A stretch of DNA of 64,000 bases from Albugo candida (Eukaryota), in NCBI GenBank assembly GCA_040437565.1, contig JBDOQK010000030.1, positions 310,001 to 374,000 of the forward strand. The letters run 5' to 3'. The translations under genes were made by a program, and so were the position numbers. The notes beneath the pieces were generated by a model, which did not search any database, was not told the origin of the DNA, and worked only from the letters and a program-made list of their open reading frames with translations. Below, piece after piece: positions 23,798 to 37,911 of this stretch (positions are counted from its first letter, which is position 1; every line of letters begins with the position of its first letter).

Positions 23798-26700
23798 CCT
23801 TTTGTGGGCAAGAAACTTCAGGATCTATGTGATATCCTTCAAGCTCTTGTGTTTCTCATATGAAAATGCTGATTTATGGCTTCGGTTTGTCTCATCGTGC
23901 ATCTCATTTGCTTTTTCTGAATCTTGTTGCTGCATAGCTAAAATATTGACCGCTTTATTACATTCGCTTGATCCCAGCTATTCATTTTCGAGCAGAATAT
24001 TCTCTCACAGCTGTTGATGATTTTTTCTATTCATGAATGCTACGAAAGACGCAGAACGCAGCAGATGAAATGGGCGACCTTTTAATAAGAAATATGTTTG
24101 AATAGCTAATGAGTTGCTGTTCATAGCCAATTATTCTCGACAAACGGCGTCTTCACGAAAAGAATGGATGATGATGCAACGCATCGACGGGTGATCATTT
24201 TGTAGACCTTCAGTTCCCAAGCTGTTCTCATTTGTGATTTCTCGAGCTTGGTGCAACACTGGAGAAACTTTCGATTGTTGGTCAGTTACAACATCAAACA
24301 TCTTCATGTGCCTGGCTTTTAGATGACTTTCGAAAGATAGTGGGATTTCTGATACTTGTTTACGTATGCTTGATGAATTATCATAATTCTGTTGTCGAAA
24401 ATAAATGTGCTTCTTACCCTCTTTCATGTCGGATTTTGTCATTGATACTGTGAGAAGGTGAATGCTTTTCTCGATCAAAATGGGTCTCCTATAGTTGTTA
24501 TATGCTAATAGCCGCTTCGCGTTGGATCAGTCAAGATAGATAATTTGGTTGTGTGAGCTGATATGCGACATGTTCCCCTAGAATTGCAATATGATAAAAA
24601 CGCTTGTACCAGATCTGTATAACGTCCATAAACCCAGTAGAGTCTGTAGGTCTGGCTGGCTTGAATCAAATCAATTCTTTTGTTTCCGATGAACATGACG
24701 AGGCACCGGTGACACGGTAGGAAATCCCCCGCGCTACACTCGTCACATTAAAAATGCCCCTGCCACATCTTGAACATAGCTGGACTGTAGCTCCCCAAAC
24801 ACTGATACCAGCGCACCAAGAAGCAAGACATACAACGCGGTGCTCCACATTCTATTCTCTTGCCTTCGTGGAATTAATTGGGTACTTTTGACACTTGGCA
24901 TCGAATCAGCCAATCGTCATGCCTTGTTTATGCCTCGCTACATGTCATTATATAAACTAATCCGTACACGTTTTTTTAAGGCTCAGTTATGTCTCATAAC
25001 TCAAGTGCTCAATCCGAAAAGACACCCAGATCGACGCAGCAGTCATCTATTTCCGCACTGCCTTTGCACAATGCTAGCGTTTTTTTCCATATACTAGTGC
25101 AAGCAAATCCGCATTCCAAGTGGCTCGTACATGTGATATGTGATAGATATAATTCTTCTTTCCAAGGTCTTCACACTAGAGGATCGACTATTTGTGCGTA
25201 TTGACACTTTGTTGACGATGCCATCAAGTGCTCGCACCGATACTGCAATCCGTTTATGGATTCGACTGGAGGTCCAGACTTCTTTGATCCTACCTCCGCT
25301 TTGTTTCGATGAATTCTGACGCTCTGAATGAGGCCTTGATAGATCGCTCTATCGCGATCTAATACACTTGTATATGGCAAAGACATAACAATACCATGAC
25401 GGTAGTATACAAAACAAATCTTAATATCATAATATCACACATTCACTGTGATAACGCTCCTTGTGCACCACGAATAAGCCAGAGAAAGACATAATTTAGG
25501 AATGCTGAACGTATAATTGCCATTACACCGCTACTGCAATTTCATTTTGCAAGTAGAACACCGCTGTTGTATGGCCGCTAACAAACTTTTTGCGTTGCAT
25601 TTTTGAATGTGATAAAAACAGAAATGATTTCTGCTGATTGGGATCTTGAAAGTTGGTTATTTGAAGGCAACTAATGGAATTTAAATAGGAAGTGGTCGAT
25701 AAAAAGATGGCTATTCTCATGTACTCCATTGATATCACCGTGGGTGCTGCGGTGTTGTTTCTCGTCGGTATAAACAAGGAGGCCTTCGCATATATTGAAG
25801 TGACCGGGGATCATTTTCATTGCACCATCTTGAATTAAGGAAAAAGTGTTGCAAAGCATTCCCTAAGGCTGAACGGACAGCTCGTCAATATCACTTTGGG
25901 GAACTTCTCGCCGTACACCTTGAAACCATTAAGACCAGCACTTGATGCCCACCTTTGAGCTTGAATATAAATGGAGTAGCATATTTTGTAGACAATAATC
26001 AACAATGGTGACCGGGATCCAAATCACTACCCCTTTGTGAAATATTGGATCCATCAAACATTTTCTAAGAGGTGGGCAGCGCAAATGAGAAGCAATTTCT
26101 CCAACTTTAGAGCTATCGCTGCTCTTGTCAAACAAAAAACTAGTTCCAGCACAGATCTTTAACATGTAGCTACAGCTTGGTACATTACGTCACAATAGGG
26201 TGGAACGTTCTCATCAACATGCCGATTCCATCGCGTCGGAAACGTACCATCTTCACCGAGTTCTTGAGCAGAAGATCCTCAATAAATCATTAGTGGATGC
26301 GGTGCTTTGCCCACCGCACTCTCATTTGACTTTATACACGCTAGTAGCGCACGGTTCATAACGATCGGATATTGAGTGCCACTTGGATGAAGTTGAGGAT
26401 TCATGCAGAGTGGGACTAGCCTGACCGCATGTGTCATTTGTACGTCATCCCGGACCAGGTAGCCCGGGAGGATTGTGCGGAAAGCATTTTCGGATTTACT
26501 CTCCATCTGCTATCCAACCTCGCCAACTCTCATTGATCGCTCCGCTGTTTGAAAATTCGTTTGGTGTGCTTGTAAAAAATGGTCGTCCTCGTTTGATGCG
26601 GTCCCCGCATTTGGGATCCGTATTTTCACGGCAATAATTTGAAGTGTTGTCCGTGTATCAATTTGGCAACCGCTCTGCCTCCACCGACATTGATCGAGCA

Positions 26701-29700
26701 CAGATTATTAATCTTTGGTACCCATCACAAGTAGAGCACGATTTGTGCTTTCAAAACCATGTGTCGAAATGACTCTCTACACGGTGACGTTTATCGCATC
26801 AACAAACTAGGTGCAAGGTTATATCCCATGTCACTTCATTGGTTCTGATGGTACTGGTGAGCTTTTTGTCTTTCAGAGGAAGGAGTGGAGAGGTTGGTTG
26901 TGGCAATGAGCTTGCGTCAAGTAGTGTGATTTCGAGAGGAGGTTTGAGCTCCAACGATATCTAGTAGACTCGTTTCCGTTCTACTTTTTTGTCACCTCTT
27001 TTTGATTCGTAATCGGCATATCCATGGTTTTTGAGGCGACCACAGATGCCGGTTTTGTTGTAGTTTTCTTTGGGTTTGGAGCTGCCACGGCTCCTAAATC
27101 CAAACACTTGAGTTCACACGGACCGAAGCGTGGTCGCTCTGTCGGAATTGGGGCATTCTTACACCGCAAAGGGAAGATTTGTTGCCGAATGTGATTCGTT
27201 CGCATACCTTCCTAGCATGCACCAATTCTTCGCGGCCCGTGGATGACGCAAAGTAAATTCTCCACGTCGACATAATCACTCCTTGGTTAGAATTTGCGTC
27301 CCGAAAGGTATCGAGAGTGATTACGTGCCTCTTTTTGTGAAGGGATTCCAAAATACCCTCGCTTTCGACGTCAAGATCGACTTCAAACAGGTCTAGTTAT
27401 AGCGATGTTCCGAGTATCTTACTCTCCAAAATTCTTTTCACCAAGTACGGTGGCCGACTGGCGCTCCACTTGTTCGCAACTGTGCATGCATGCCATCATT
27501 GCTAGAAAATTCCTTTTTGGAAGCTTGAAATTCTGTTTTTCTTGTGACTATCCAAAAGAGATTCGAATACCGGGTTGCCGTGATCTCGGAGTAATTAGGT
27601 TAATAATTTCCCATTTCGAATGTTGCTGAATTCCTGATTCATCTTCTTCAAGATCGAGAAAACAATGTTCATGTTCCATGGTAAATCCCGTATAGCAAGT
27701 TCGCAATGCAATGCCGGATCAAATTAGCACATAAATGGTGGGGTTGTGCAAATGCTTTGAAGGACCATGATGCAATGTATGCAAAATGGTGATTCGGATT
27801 GTTGAGCAATCCGTAATTCGATAAATGAGGAGAAGAATATGAATATATGAAGTCCCGGAAGAAAGTATCAATCATATGAAATGTTCTATGACACATTTGA
27901 GAACAATTCATAGAAGTCGCAAACGTTGTCATTATTACCGGAAATATTACGTTTTGAGATGATACGTCGTCTTCATTAATGGAGAAAAATTGCGATTCGT
28001 TACGGTGCAAGAAAGTGATTTACGTAAATATGACCTCGACTACATTCTGCTAATTCCGTTTCCAGCGCATAAGTAATAGGCCGTATTGCCTGGATTTAAA
28101 AAATGACGACAGCCCAATTTGGGTCCTGTCCAGGATAAATTCAAATATGCTGCAATATCGGATGATTCAAGCTTTGGGAGCTCCACTCGATATCACGCTT
28201 CCGGTATAACCTTGTCCTTACGTAACGAGGTTTGCGACTTGGCGATGTCAGCCTAAATAGGACGTTTCGTTTTGTTCCCGCTTGCAGTAGCCTTCTGCTA
28301 CCCTGTATCGGGACAGTAGCAGTACCACACGTACCATCCTGTTCCGTGTGCTGGGGTGAGTGACGACTCATCGACAATCATGCAATCACCCAATGAAAAG
28401 TGACATTGCAGGGTTGCCACTTTAGACCAAGCCGACGCTAACGCTCTTGATTGTGTCGAATTGTAGACTTAAAGCAATGTTTCTGAGAAAGAATGGTTAA
28501 AAACATTCTTTCCAGGCTTGTAACTAAATTGACTTGTTTCGTAGTAGCTCGTAAATTGAGAACTTCACCGCAGCGCAGAAGATAGAGCCATCCTAGGTTT
28601 GAATCAATAGCCAAGTGATATTTACAAATTCGACTGCTGATTGAGCCAGATAAAGGATGTACTGAGTTCCTTCATACACACCAAAAGCCGTGGAAGCAAA
28701 TAAACGGACGTTTGAAGTCTGCAGTATAGCGGTGGAGCTTCCAAAGCCAAAGCTTCCGACATTTACAACATTCTACAACTAGAATCAGATGTAAGGCACT
28801 CGAAGTGGTCGGTTTTGGCTGAAACTTAGAATCAGGGAGGCCCTTCAAATATGTTAAAGGCCGCTTGCACAAGATATAAAGACGGATCAAGCATTCATAG
28901 CACTCCAATGGGATGATAATGTACTCTTTTATGGAAGACTATGGCGATCGTGTATTTAACATATAGCGCACTTTAGATTCAAATTATTGCCTAGTTGCAG
29001 TAAATGCCGGTAGAAACATCCGGGTGATGGTTTCAACGGAGGTTGCACAAAAGAAGTCACAGTGACGCCCACAAAATCATTCCGGAAGACGAAGAGGTTA
29101 AAATGTTGAGGAGCGGAACGAAAGGAATACAAAGACAAGATTCTTGAGCTCTACTCTCCACTCACTATAGTCCACCAGGACTCACAACGATTCTTCCTGG
29201 AGAAAATTGACTCGATAGTTGAAAGCAAGTATGAGATGACAAAGATCAACGACGGATATGTGAATATACGACTGTTTCTAACAAGAAACAACGTCACCGC
29301 ATCGGGGCATTTCATCATATGGTTTGAGAGGTGCAACCAGAATCCATTCTTGATTTCTTCATAATCTGCGTATGTAATTGTATCCAAGTTATCCAGTTGA
29401 ACCATAGAATTGGCTATGTCATAAGAAACGGTCAACCTTTATTGTTCGCAACACACGACAATCGCGAAAACTAATTGCCCCAAACGGTTTGGGGAAGTTG
29501 GGGAGCTTATGTAACTCGATTCCAAAAAGTTCGCTTCAACAACTTCAACCGAACAAACTGGTCCAAGAAGATGTACAAAAAGATATGTGCGTAAGCAAAT
29601 CCACATTTACAAAGCCTCGGTAGGCTTTTCTTAAGAAGAGACTGGATATCCCATTACTCGACAAGGGGTGCTATTAGAATGTATGGAATCAAATGACCTA

Positions 29701-30271
29701 GCTTCGGATAGGACGTCTCATCTCCTGTTCATCAATTAATCATTAGCCTACCACCTTTTTGGCAAAGACTTAACATTTGCAACTCGATGGAGACGTCATC
29801 TGGGACGAAACTCCCTAAGAAACGTGAAGTTTCGTTTCAAAATGTCAGTTCATGGTGAACATCAGCGACAGCATTCTAATTAAAATGACCCGAGCGACGA
29901 GAGCTACTGAGGTCATCGATTTGGCTCTCATATTTACGGCACCCACGTGATACACTAAATATCATGGTGTCCATTATAATACCGCCGCCCCGGTGATTTG
30001 GATTCCACTCACCACTGCAGATTAATGCAGATCAATTTGTTGCCTCGCTCAGTGATGGGAGTGAGGTTGATGCAAACAGTTTGATTATGTCGTTGACTTT
30101 GACCGTACGAAGAGAGCATTATCCCGTACGCACAAAAGGGTTGAGAAACGAAATGGAGCGCATGTTTGTTCCATTTACATGATGATCACACTTTTTGGTT
30201 TTCTTCCCATTCTCACACAAGAGCATACATAGGGCCATAATCCAATGATTTCAACGAATGCATTTCGCATT

Positions 30272-31372
30272 TGTATCCTCAAACGCCGTCAACTCAGATA
30301 TTATTTGATCGTAATAACAAGAAGGTGTACACTGGGCATTGCTTTCAATTTCGTAACTGGTTCGTTCGCGAGCGCTGGAAAAGTATCCAAAGAGCAAGTT
30401 GGTAGAAAGTCTAATTGCTGTGATTGCCGCAGTAATGACATATCCCTTACGTATCGATTCTATGAGCAAACTACTGAACAAATGCCACAAAACCGAGCGA
30501 ACTTCACGTGACACAGCCGTTTCTTTGTGCACAATAACGCAATGAGCAGATGAAAGTTGCCTTTCTCCCCATAGGACATANNNNNNNNNNNNNNNNNNNN
30601 NNNNNNNNNNNNNNNNNNNNNNNNNNNNNNNNNNNNNNNNNNNNNNNNNNNNNNNNNNNNNNNNNNNNNNNNNNNNNNNNGTATCCTCAAACGCCGTCAA
30701 CTCAGATATTATTTGATCGTAATAACAAGAAGGTGTACACTGGGCATTGCTTTCAATTTCGTAACTGGTTCGTTCGCGAGCGCTGGAAAAGTATCCAAAA
30801 GAGTAAGTTGGTAGAAAGTCAACATCAACAAAATGACGGTACTAATTGCTGTGATTGCCGCAGTATAACATATCCCTTACGTATCGATTCTATGAGCAAA
30901 CTGCTGAACAAATGCCACAAAACCGAGCGAACTTCACGTGACACAGCCGTTTCTTTGTGCACAATAACGCAATGAGCAGATGAAAGTTGCCTTTCTCCCC
31001 ATAGGACATATAAAGAAAGCTCCGAGATTGCATTTGATATTACACCAATTGGATCAGACTCAGGCAGCTGTACACTATCGAACTCGCANNNNNNNNNNNN
31101 NNNNNNNNNNNNNNNNNNNNNNNNNNNNNNNNNNNNNNNNNNNNNNNNNNNNNNNNNNNNNNNNNNNNNNNNNNNNNNNNNNNNNNNNCTGAACAAATGC
31201 CACAAAACCGAGCGAACTTCACGTGACACAGCCGTTTCTTTGTGCACAATAACGCAATGAGCAGATGAAAGTTGCCTTTCTCCCCATAGGACATAAAAAG
31301 AAAGCTTCGAGATTGCATTTGATATTACACCAATTGGATCAGACTCAGGCAGCTGTACACTATCGAACTCGC
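30272..31372. repeat. Three overlapping near-identical copies separated by gaps (probable uncollapsed haplotypes)
   Basis: 30272-30580, 30681-31088 and 31189-31372 share sequence. They differ by SNPs and a ~22 nt indel (caacatcaacaaaatgacggta). Confidence 0.85.
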
Positions 31373-31582
31373 AAGGCTTTCTATCCGCATTCACTCTCTT
31401 TGTAATGATAGGAAAAAAGTTGACATTCCGACTTTTTTGAAAAATGTCAAAGGAAATCGCAAAAGATCTCAAAATCAAAGAAATGGAAATGTTTACACTT
31501 ACGATCCCTTCTCTTCAAACTGCTACCTCACAACACGAACGGAACGGAGGAATCCCATAGAAATGTGATATAATGGAAAGCC

Positions 31583-33728
31583 TCAATGCTCCATAATACT
31601 CGTTGCTTCCGTTCGAAGTGCATCCAATTGCTTCATCGCGACATGAAATTCCGTCATTTTCCCTTGATTCACACAATCAGCCACCAATTGAGCTGCAACT
31701 CGTAGTCGTTCCTCTAACGGTACGTCCACGTCCGCGAGCTCCGTATTACTATTGCAGCTCGAACGTATATTTCCTGCTGCGGATCGCACGGATGTGAGCC
31801 CAATACCCAAAGAGCTCTGTATGATCTCTTCTTTGAATCGATTCTTATCCGCATTGCTGAGTGATCCCCTTCGCGCCATTTCCGCTACTTTTCGAAGTCG
31901 AACGCCATTGGGACTCATCATTGGCAATCCTTTACTGTCGAGACCACAGACGCCATCTACATCGCCATCAGAATCTTCCTCTTCGGGCGGCGGTGGAGGA
32001 ATGGAATGTTCGGATGGAATCTCTAAAGCACGCGATGTTTTGCTGCTCACAACAGCGTGATAGAACGGAATAAAATCACTCGAAGTATTGACATTTGCCA
32101 GTACACGATCATCGACACTTTGCTCAGTATTGCTCGATACAAACGCATTGAATCTGTGGTCTGACACCATCTGCTCATCGATTCCGGGCATTGATCCGTT
32201 CTTCACGTAATGTGCGCCATGAACCGCTTTGCTTTCGCTTATTTCACGCGCCAATTCCAAACGACTTTTACTTCGTCGACGAAATTTGAAAAATTCCGCA
32301 GCATTCCCAAAACTCGCGCGTTTGATCGAATGTGACGGAGAAAACATTGCCGTGTTTATTGGAGTGTTTGTAGAGTCTGTAGGGATACTTCGTTGCCGGA
32401 CAAGATGAGTCGAAAAGGAGCCCAATTGCGTCGCTGCTTCTGCGGCTGGGGATTTGAGATTGGAGCTGTTCCCTCGCGTGAGACTTACTTGCTGCATCCG
32501 TTTCGAATTGGATGTGAGATTTGGTGATAAAAGTGTCTTCCGGTTGGATGTCATTTGCGGAGTATTGAGAACTGCTTCTGCTACTTGCCACGGTACTGTC
32601 ATCGATGGACGTCGTACCAAACCTGGTGGAGGTGCAATGATAGCATTCTGATCGTTGGCTTCGTATTCTTTGTATGAAATATGTTGATGTGTGTAGAATG
32701 GGACCTATGAATCGATTCAGTTGGCAGGTATCGAATAAAAGTGATCCGATGAGAAAATACCGGCGGAGGAACGATCGTGTCGAGTGTCTTTGGGCGAGAC
32801 GGTGGCGGCGACCAGGAAGGAATGAAAGCAGTATTCTCCGATATTGGTGGAGGTGGGAATGCTTCATCGGGCAATCGGAAAGAATTCTTGTGCTGAAAAG
32901 GACGCGTCAGCTTAAATGCAGTCGCAAATCTCTCAATGACAAACCTGTTGTGCGTTCCCCTCGTTATCGTCACTTTCATCAGAGCTCAGCGGATTTAGAG
33001 CCTCGTTCTGATAATTGGAAGGATAGAAATGTGCAGGTCGAAATTCCTTCACATTTTCGAGTCGACGTACGTCGCTTGTGGACGTATTCCTCAAATTGTA
33101 CGAATAGCTGTCTATAAACGCTGGCGACGTCGTTGTATTTTGATACGTTGTGTCGGTAGCACTTGTCGAAGGCACTAAACACTGACGATAATGCGCTTTT
33201 GCGACATTCGAAAGCATTGTTTTCTCAGCAGATTTCAAATTCATTTGTTTTGATGGAATATTCATTTGAGTTGCAAGTCGAAGACTTGTGAGTTGTTTGA
33301 GTTCCTGTACGGACATTCCTTTCGTAAGCGCTCCTGCCGATGCGTTTCTCGCAATTGTGTTTGTCGAAGAGGCTGAAGCAGTGGGAAGCGGTTGGCTTTG
33401 CATGCGCTGTTGTGTCAATCGTTTGAGGTCCTACAAAGCACATTGAGAAAACATTTGCGTTGTAAATGCATTGTGATACCTCAACTGTCATTCCGCTTTT
33501 GATTCCCATTTTTGCCGGTGCATTTGTGCGCGTATTTTGAATGTGTTTGGACACTGTTTGATGGTACGATCGCGAAGGATACTTTTGACTTTTACCGCTC
33601 GTTTGTGATGGAATTTGCAGCAGAAATGAAGTGTTGGGCGTCGGGGCCGCAATATGTGTGGAATGTGAGTGCATTAGTTGTTGCGCGCTGCCATTACGAC
33701 GCCCATCCATAAAGGACGCATTGCGCAT
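31583..33728 (-). CDS. Uncharacterised low-complexity protein
   Basis: Four ORF pieces are joined in frame by GT-AG introns (33479-33431, ~32944-32911, 32760-32705). Repeated motif GMTVEDLKRLT / GMSVQELKQLT. Confidence 0.8.
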
Positions 33729-34145
33729 ATCACTCGACTCGAATTGGATCAGAAATAGCGTTTTCTGACACAAAAAAGGATCAATGGACTCGCAGTGAAC
33801 ACAGAGAAAACACAAATACGTTTTGCAGACACACTGTGTGTTTGCTGAGAGATTTTCGTCGGTAGCAATTCAGTCGCGTTTTTCCCCTTTGCGTATGTAA
33901 AAAAGCTGCGAGCACTCGCGTCACGAGATGTATGTGTTTGTAGAGAGATAAGCGTTTATAGAGGTAAAAGGATANNNNNNNNNNNNNNNNNNNNNNNNNN
34001 NNNNNNNNNNNNNNNNNNNNNNNNNNNNNNNNNNNNNNNNNNNNNNNNNNNNNNNNNNNNNNNNNNNNNNNNNNGTTTGTAGAGAGATAAGCGTTTATAG
34101 AGGTAAAAGGATATTGTAATATAAGGGGAATAGAGGATAAGAGGT

Positions 34146-35710
34146 ATGGGCGGAGGATTGAAGTTTCTGAATTTGAAAGGGTGGCATCCGTCGAACAAAG
34201 CGAATCAGAAGCGGATTTGGATTGCAGAACAAAAGGAGAAGGCGAAAGAGGAGAGAGAAAAAGAAGCGGCGTCTGAGTTACGTAAAAATGCGGAATTATA
34301 TCGGTTTCAGAAAATCGCTGCGGCGAAAGGCGACGAGCGTTCAGTGACGCAATTGGCGTCGCAATCGGTTGAATTTATGTACGCGCCACCGCCGGGTTTA
34401 CAGAAAATTGATAAATCAGTAGAAAGCGATATGCGGGAAGGTACATCGATGGGTGTTTTTTTGTGTGTGAGCATTTTTTTATTTCGCTTTTGTAAGATGA
34501 CGCGGTGCGTGAATTTCGACGTCGAATGGAAAAAAAGACAAAAACTCATAAAAACGAGCAAGCAAAAAAGACTCAACGAAAGTTAGAACGGTATGTCGGT
34601 CGTCGACCGGATGAAAGTCTCACTATCGACGAGCAAGTCGGTGGGTATTGTTTGTATTGCACAAGTGTATACCCGTTAATGGATCGCTATAGAGCGATTT
34701 CCGTTTCTCAAGGATGCTCCTGTGGAAGGAGATTACACTGGCAATGTCAAAGTGAATTTTAAACCGATGGGTGTACAACTACGTAATGTACGTTGTTTAC
34801 GTTGCGGTGAATGGGGTCATTTGTCTGGTGATCGTGAATGTGAATTACGCAACTTTAACCCGCATGGTAAGATCTTTGTCGTTTAGAGCTTAGTGACAGT
34901 CTAATGCGTCATTTCCAATAAATCAGATGCAGCTCGTCAGGCTCTGGAAGATCCTTTCTCGTACATGAATAAGGTATTTCCCAGTTTGTTAACGTGCGTT
35001 GACTGAGTAGACGGCGTTTTAGATGACACAAGTGAATAAACAAGAACTCGTGCTCCGTCGAGCGGCTATTCCTTTCGAAATGGTATGTCATTTAACGCGT
35101 ATTGTGTATCCTCACTTTTTCGTTGGGTGTAGCAAACCGAACACATTAGCAAAGACTACGAACTCATTTCATCTGAAGATGACAGCGATTGCGATTCTGA
35201 AAGTGCATTTTTACAAAAATTGACAACAAAAGAAAAAAAAATGCTTTTNNNNNNNNNNNNNNNNNNNNNNNNNNNNNNNNNNNNNNNNNNNNNNNNNNNN
35301 NNNNNNNNNNNNNNNNNNNNNNNNNNNNNNNNNNNNNNNNNNNNNNNNGTGTATCCTCACTTTTTCGTTGGGTGTAGCAAACCGAACACATTAGCAAAGA
35401 CTACGAACTCATTTCATCTGAAGATGACAGCGATTGCGATTCTGAAAGTGCATTTTTACAAAAATTGACAACAAAAGAAAAAAAAATGCTTTTGAAAAAA
35501 TTGAAAAAAGCATCAAAGAAAGAAAAGCAAGAGAAGAGCAAAGATGAAGATCGACCAGCACGCAAGCAAACAAAGTTTGATAGAGCGAAAGACTCTGGCG
35601 ATGCTACGAGAAGACATAGGAGACGATCTAGATCACCTTATGTCAGCAGGAAAAGGACCCGGCACCATCACTCTCGTTCAACAAGCCGACCTCGAAGCCG
35701 GCGTTTGTGA
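34146..35710 (+). CDS. CIR1: CIR1 (corepressor interacting with RBPJ; Cir_N/CWC25-related splicing factor)
   Basis: MGGGLKFLNLKGWHPSNKANQKRIWIAEQK; ERFPFLKDAP...GVQLRNVRCLRCGEWGHLSGDREC (zinc knuckle); RS-rich tail. Several short introns; 35105-35248 is repeated after the gap. Confidence 0.85.
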
Positions 35711-37116
35711 AACAATTCTCTTTGATTTACAGTCATATTGTGCACAGATGATTACCACATTTAAGCATTGCTAAAACATTGAGGCTACGCATCTTCCACT
35801 CGTAAATGAAATTCAATCTTATTGTACTTGGCGGTGATTCCATCTGAGGATCACGAGACACGGCGCTGAATGGAGTTGCACTTGACCGAAAGCCTTATCA
35901 ATTGCTCGGCTTAGTGTACATTTTTGGGAGAGTAAACTTCATATCATATCCAAATTTGGTGAAAGGAACAGAATGAGAGATGAGCCATAAGCACTACAGA
36001 AATCGATAGATACTGTTTTTGACACTGACATTGACAAGTACACACGCGCATGGAGTAAGGTACGATATGGATCCATCCACAAAGGTTTGATGAATGGAGT
36101 GTGTATGATTGTAATTTCGAATCTTAATTATGGAAACACATGGGAAGACGTCCACAAATTCGAACAGAAATCAAATTTCGTAATGTCTTTTGGTGTACAC
36201 TTTCGTAACTGTTAGATCCACTAGTGGCGACACACGGAAAGGGTCGCTATACAGATACATGTATACTGCGTTACACCTACAAACCCTATGTGTGGCTGGG
36301 TGAAGCTGTTTCACATAATGCAAACACTATTTACCGTAGACGTCTCACATTGAGTCATATTACTATTNNNNNNNNNNNNNNNNNNNNNNNNNNNNNNNNN
36401 NNNNNNNNNNNNNNNNNNNNNNNNNNNNNNNNNNNNNNNNNNNNNNNNNNNNNNNNNNNNNNNNNNNGTCCACAAATTCGAACAGAAATCAAATTTCGTA
36501 ATGTCTTTTGGTGTACACTTTCGTAACTGTTAGATCCACTAGTGGCGACACACGGAAAGGGTCGCTATACAGATACATGTATACTGCGTTACACCTACAA
36601 ACCCTATGTGTGGCTGGGTGAAGCTGTTTCACATAATGCAAACACTATTTACCGTAGACGTCTCACATTGAGTCATATTACTATTTGGCAACGTCACCTT
36701 CGTCCATTAGCAAATAGACTTACATTGAGATCACGTCATCGACCCAATAGGCTGCAAGCGTGTTCGATCTCAAGCTGCGATCTCTTCTTCCTCGAAGATA
36801 TTGCAACTGTCTGATTGCTTACCGTACCATTCTGAATAACATGTTATGGTAACATAAACTCCATTGGATGCTTTAAATAAAAGCCTCCTTTTTTCATGCA
36901 CGATTTCGAATGACCTCGTCATCTTGATATCTTATTCCCTTTACGAAACGATACGCATCGTCGCAGTCTCTGTTCTGGTGTGGAATTGAGAGAACAATGA
37001 AACGATCGAGAAAAGAGCTTAATAGAACGAGCAGGGATTGGTTACTAAAATAGCAGCTGTACTGTTGCTCTCAACGTGATCATTTCCGTATACACACAAA
37101 TGATGTCAAACCGCAC

Positions 37117-37779
37117 TTAAAATTTATTAAGTACCATGTTTTCCATAACTTGCTTGACAACTACATCACCTCTCAGAACTTTTAAGATCTCCAATCCAAA
37201 CAAAATTGCTGAAGCTGGTCCTTGACTCGTAATACACTTTCCTGATAAAACCACAGCATCGCTCCGATACAATTCTCCAGCTTGTTTTGCAACCGAAGGC
37301 GCGCACGTGAGTGGACCCTCTACGATACCGTGATGAAGTAACACGTCTATAGGTGCGGTCCCACTTGCGCCAAATAGACGCCCCGAGTGCTGTTGGTATT
37401 TAACAAACTCAAGTACCAGTTTAGAGGCAGCTAACGTGCTGGTTCCCTCTCCACCGACCAGAATGATTGCTTCGAAGTCTTTGTTTACGCAATGCTCCAA
37501 CAGCGTATCTGTTTGAATCTCCAAGCCGTGCATCAATTTTACAAAACGATCGGGAGGATCCGGATCGAGTTTAACTGAGGCGATAGTGAGACGCACGCCT
37601 CCTTCCGCCAAAACGGCGGACAGAGCTGCCAATTCAATCTCTTCCGTTCCATCCGCCTACAAAATAGAATTTGAGTATATCCACATTGCAAGCATAACAG
37701 ATAAGCCACGAACCACTGGGATCAAGACCGCTGGACGAGGGGTTACAATATCTGTAAGCGCGTGTACGACAGCACTCAT
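37117..37779 (-). CDS. DJ-1/PfpI (ThiJ) family protein lacking the catalytic Cys
   Basis: VLIPV|ADGTEEIE, IILVGG, FGASGTAP and ITSQGPASAILFGLEIL. Intron 37713-37657. Confidence 0.88.
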
Positions 37780-37911
37780 TCTTTGGGAATGAAAGAATAA
37801 ACTGGAACGCACACACAACGAACTTTGCAATGACACAGTTGACTAGTTTGCTTGTCGCAGGAAAGTGTCTCCAAATTTCTTCATTGTATCATTTCAATTT
37901 GAACGAAAGTA

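Noticed and set aside
21090-28910. Scattered CxxC(L/F) peptides (CAQCF ~21170, CSRCG ~24770, CYECL ~28900) as CCG effectors
   Set aside because: Several such motifs are expected by chance in six-frame translation, and none has the downstream Gly or a signal peptide.
33935-36684. Direct repeats around gaps at 33975, 35249 and 36368, and ORFs MATHGKGR... (36224, 36542)
   Set aside because: These are gap-flanking overlaps. The ORFs start at non-ATG codons and have no recognisable motifs.
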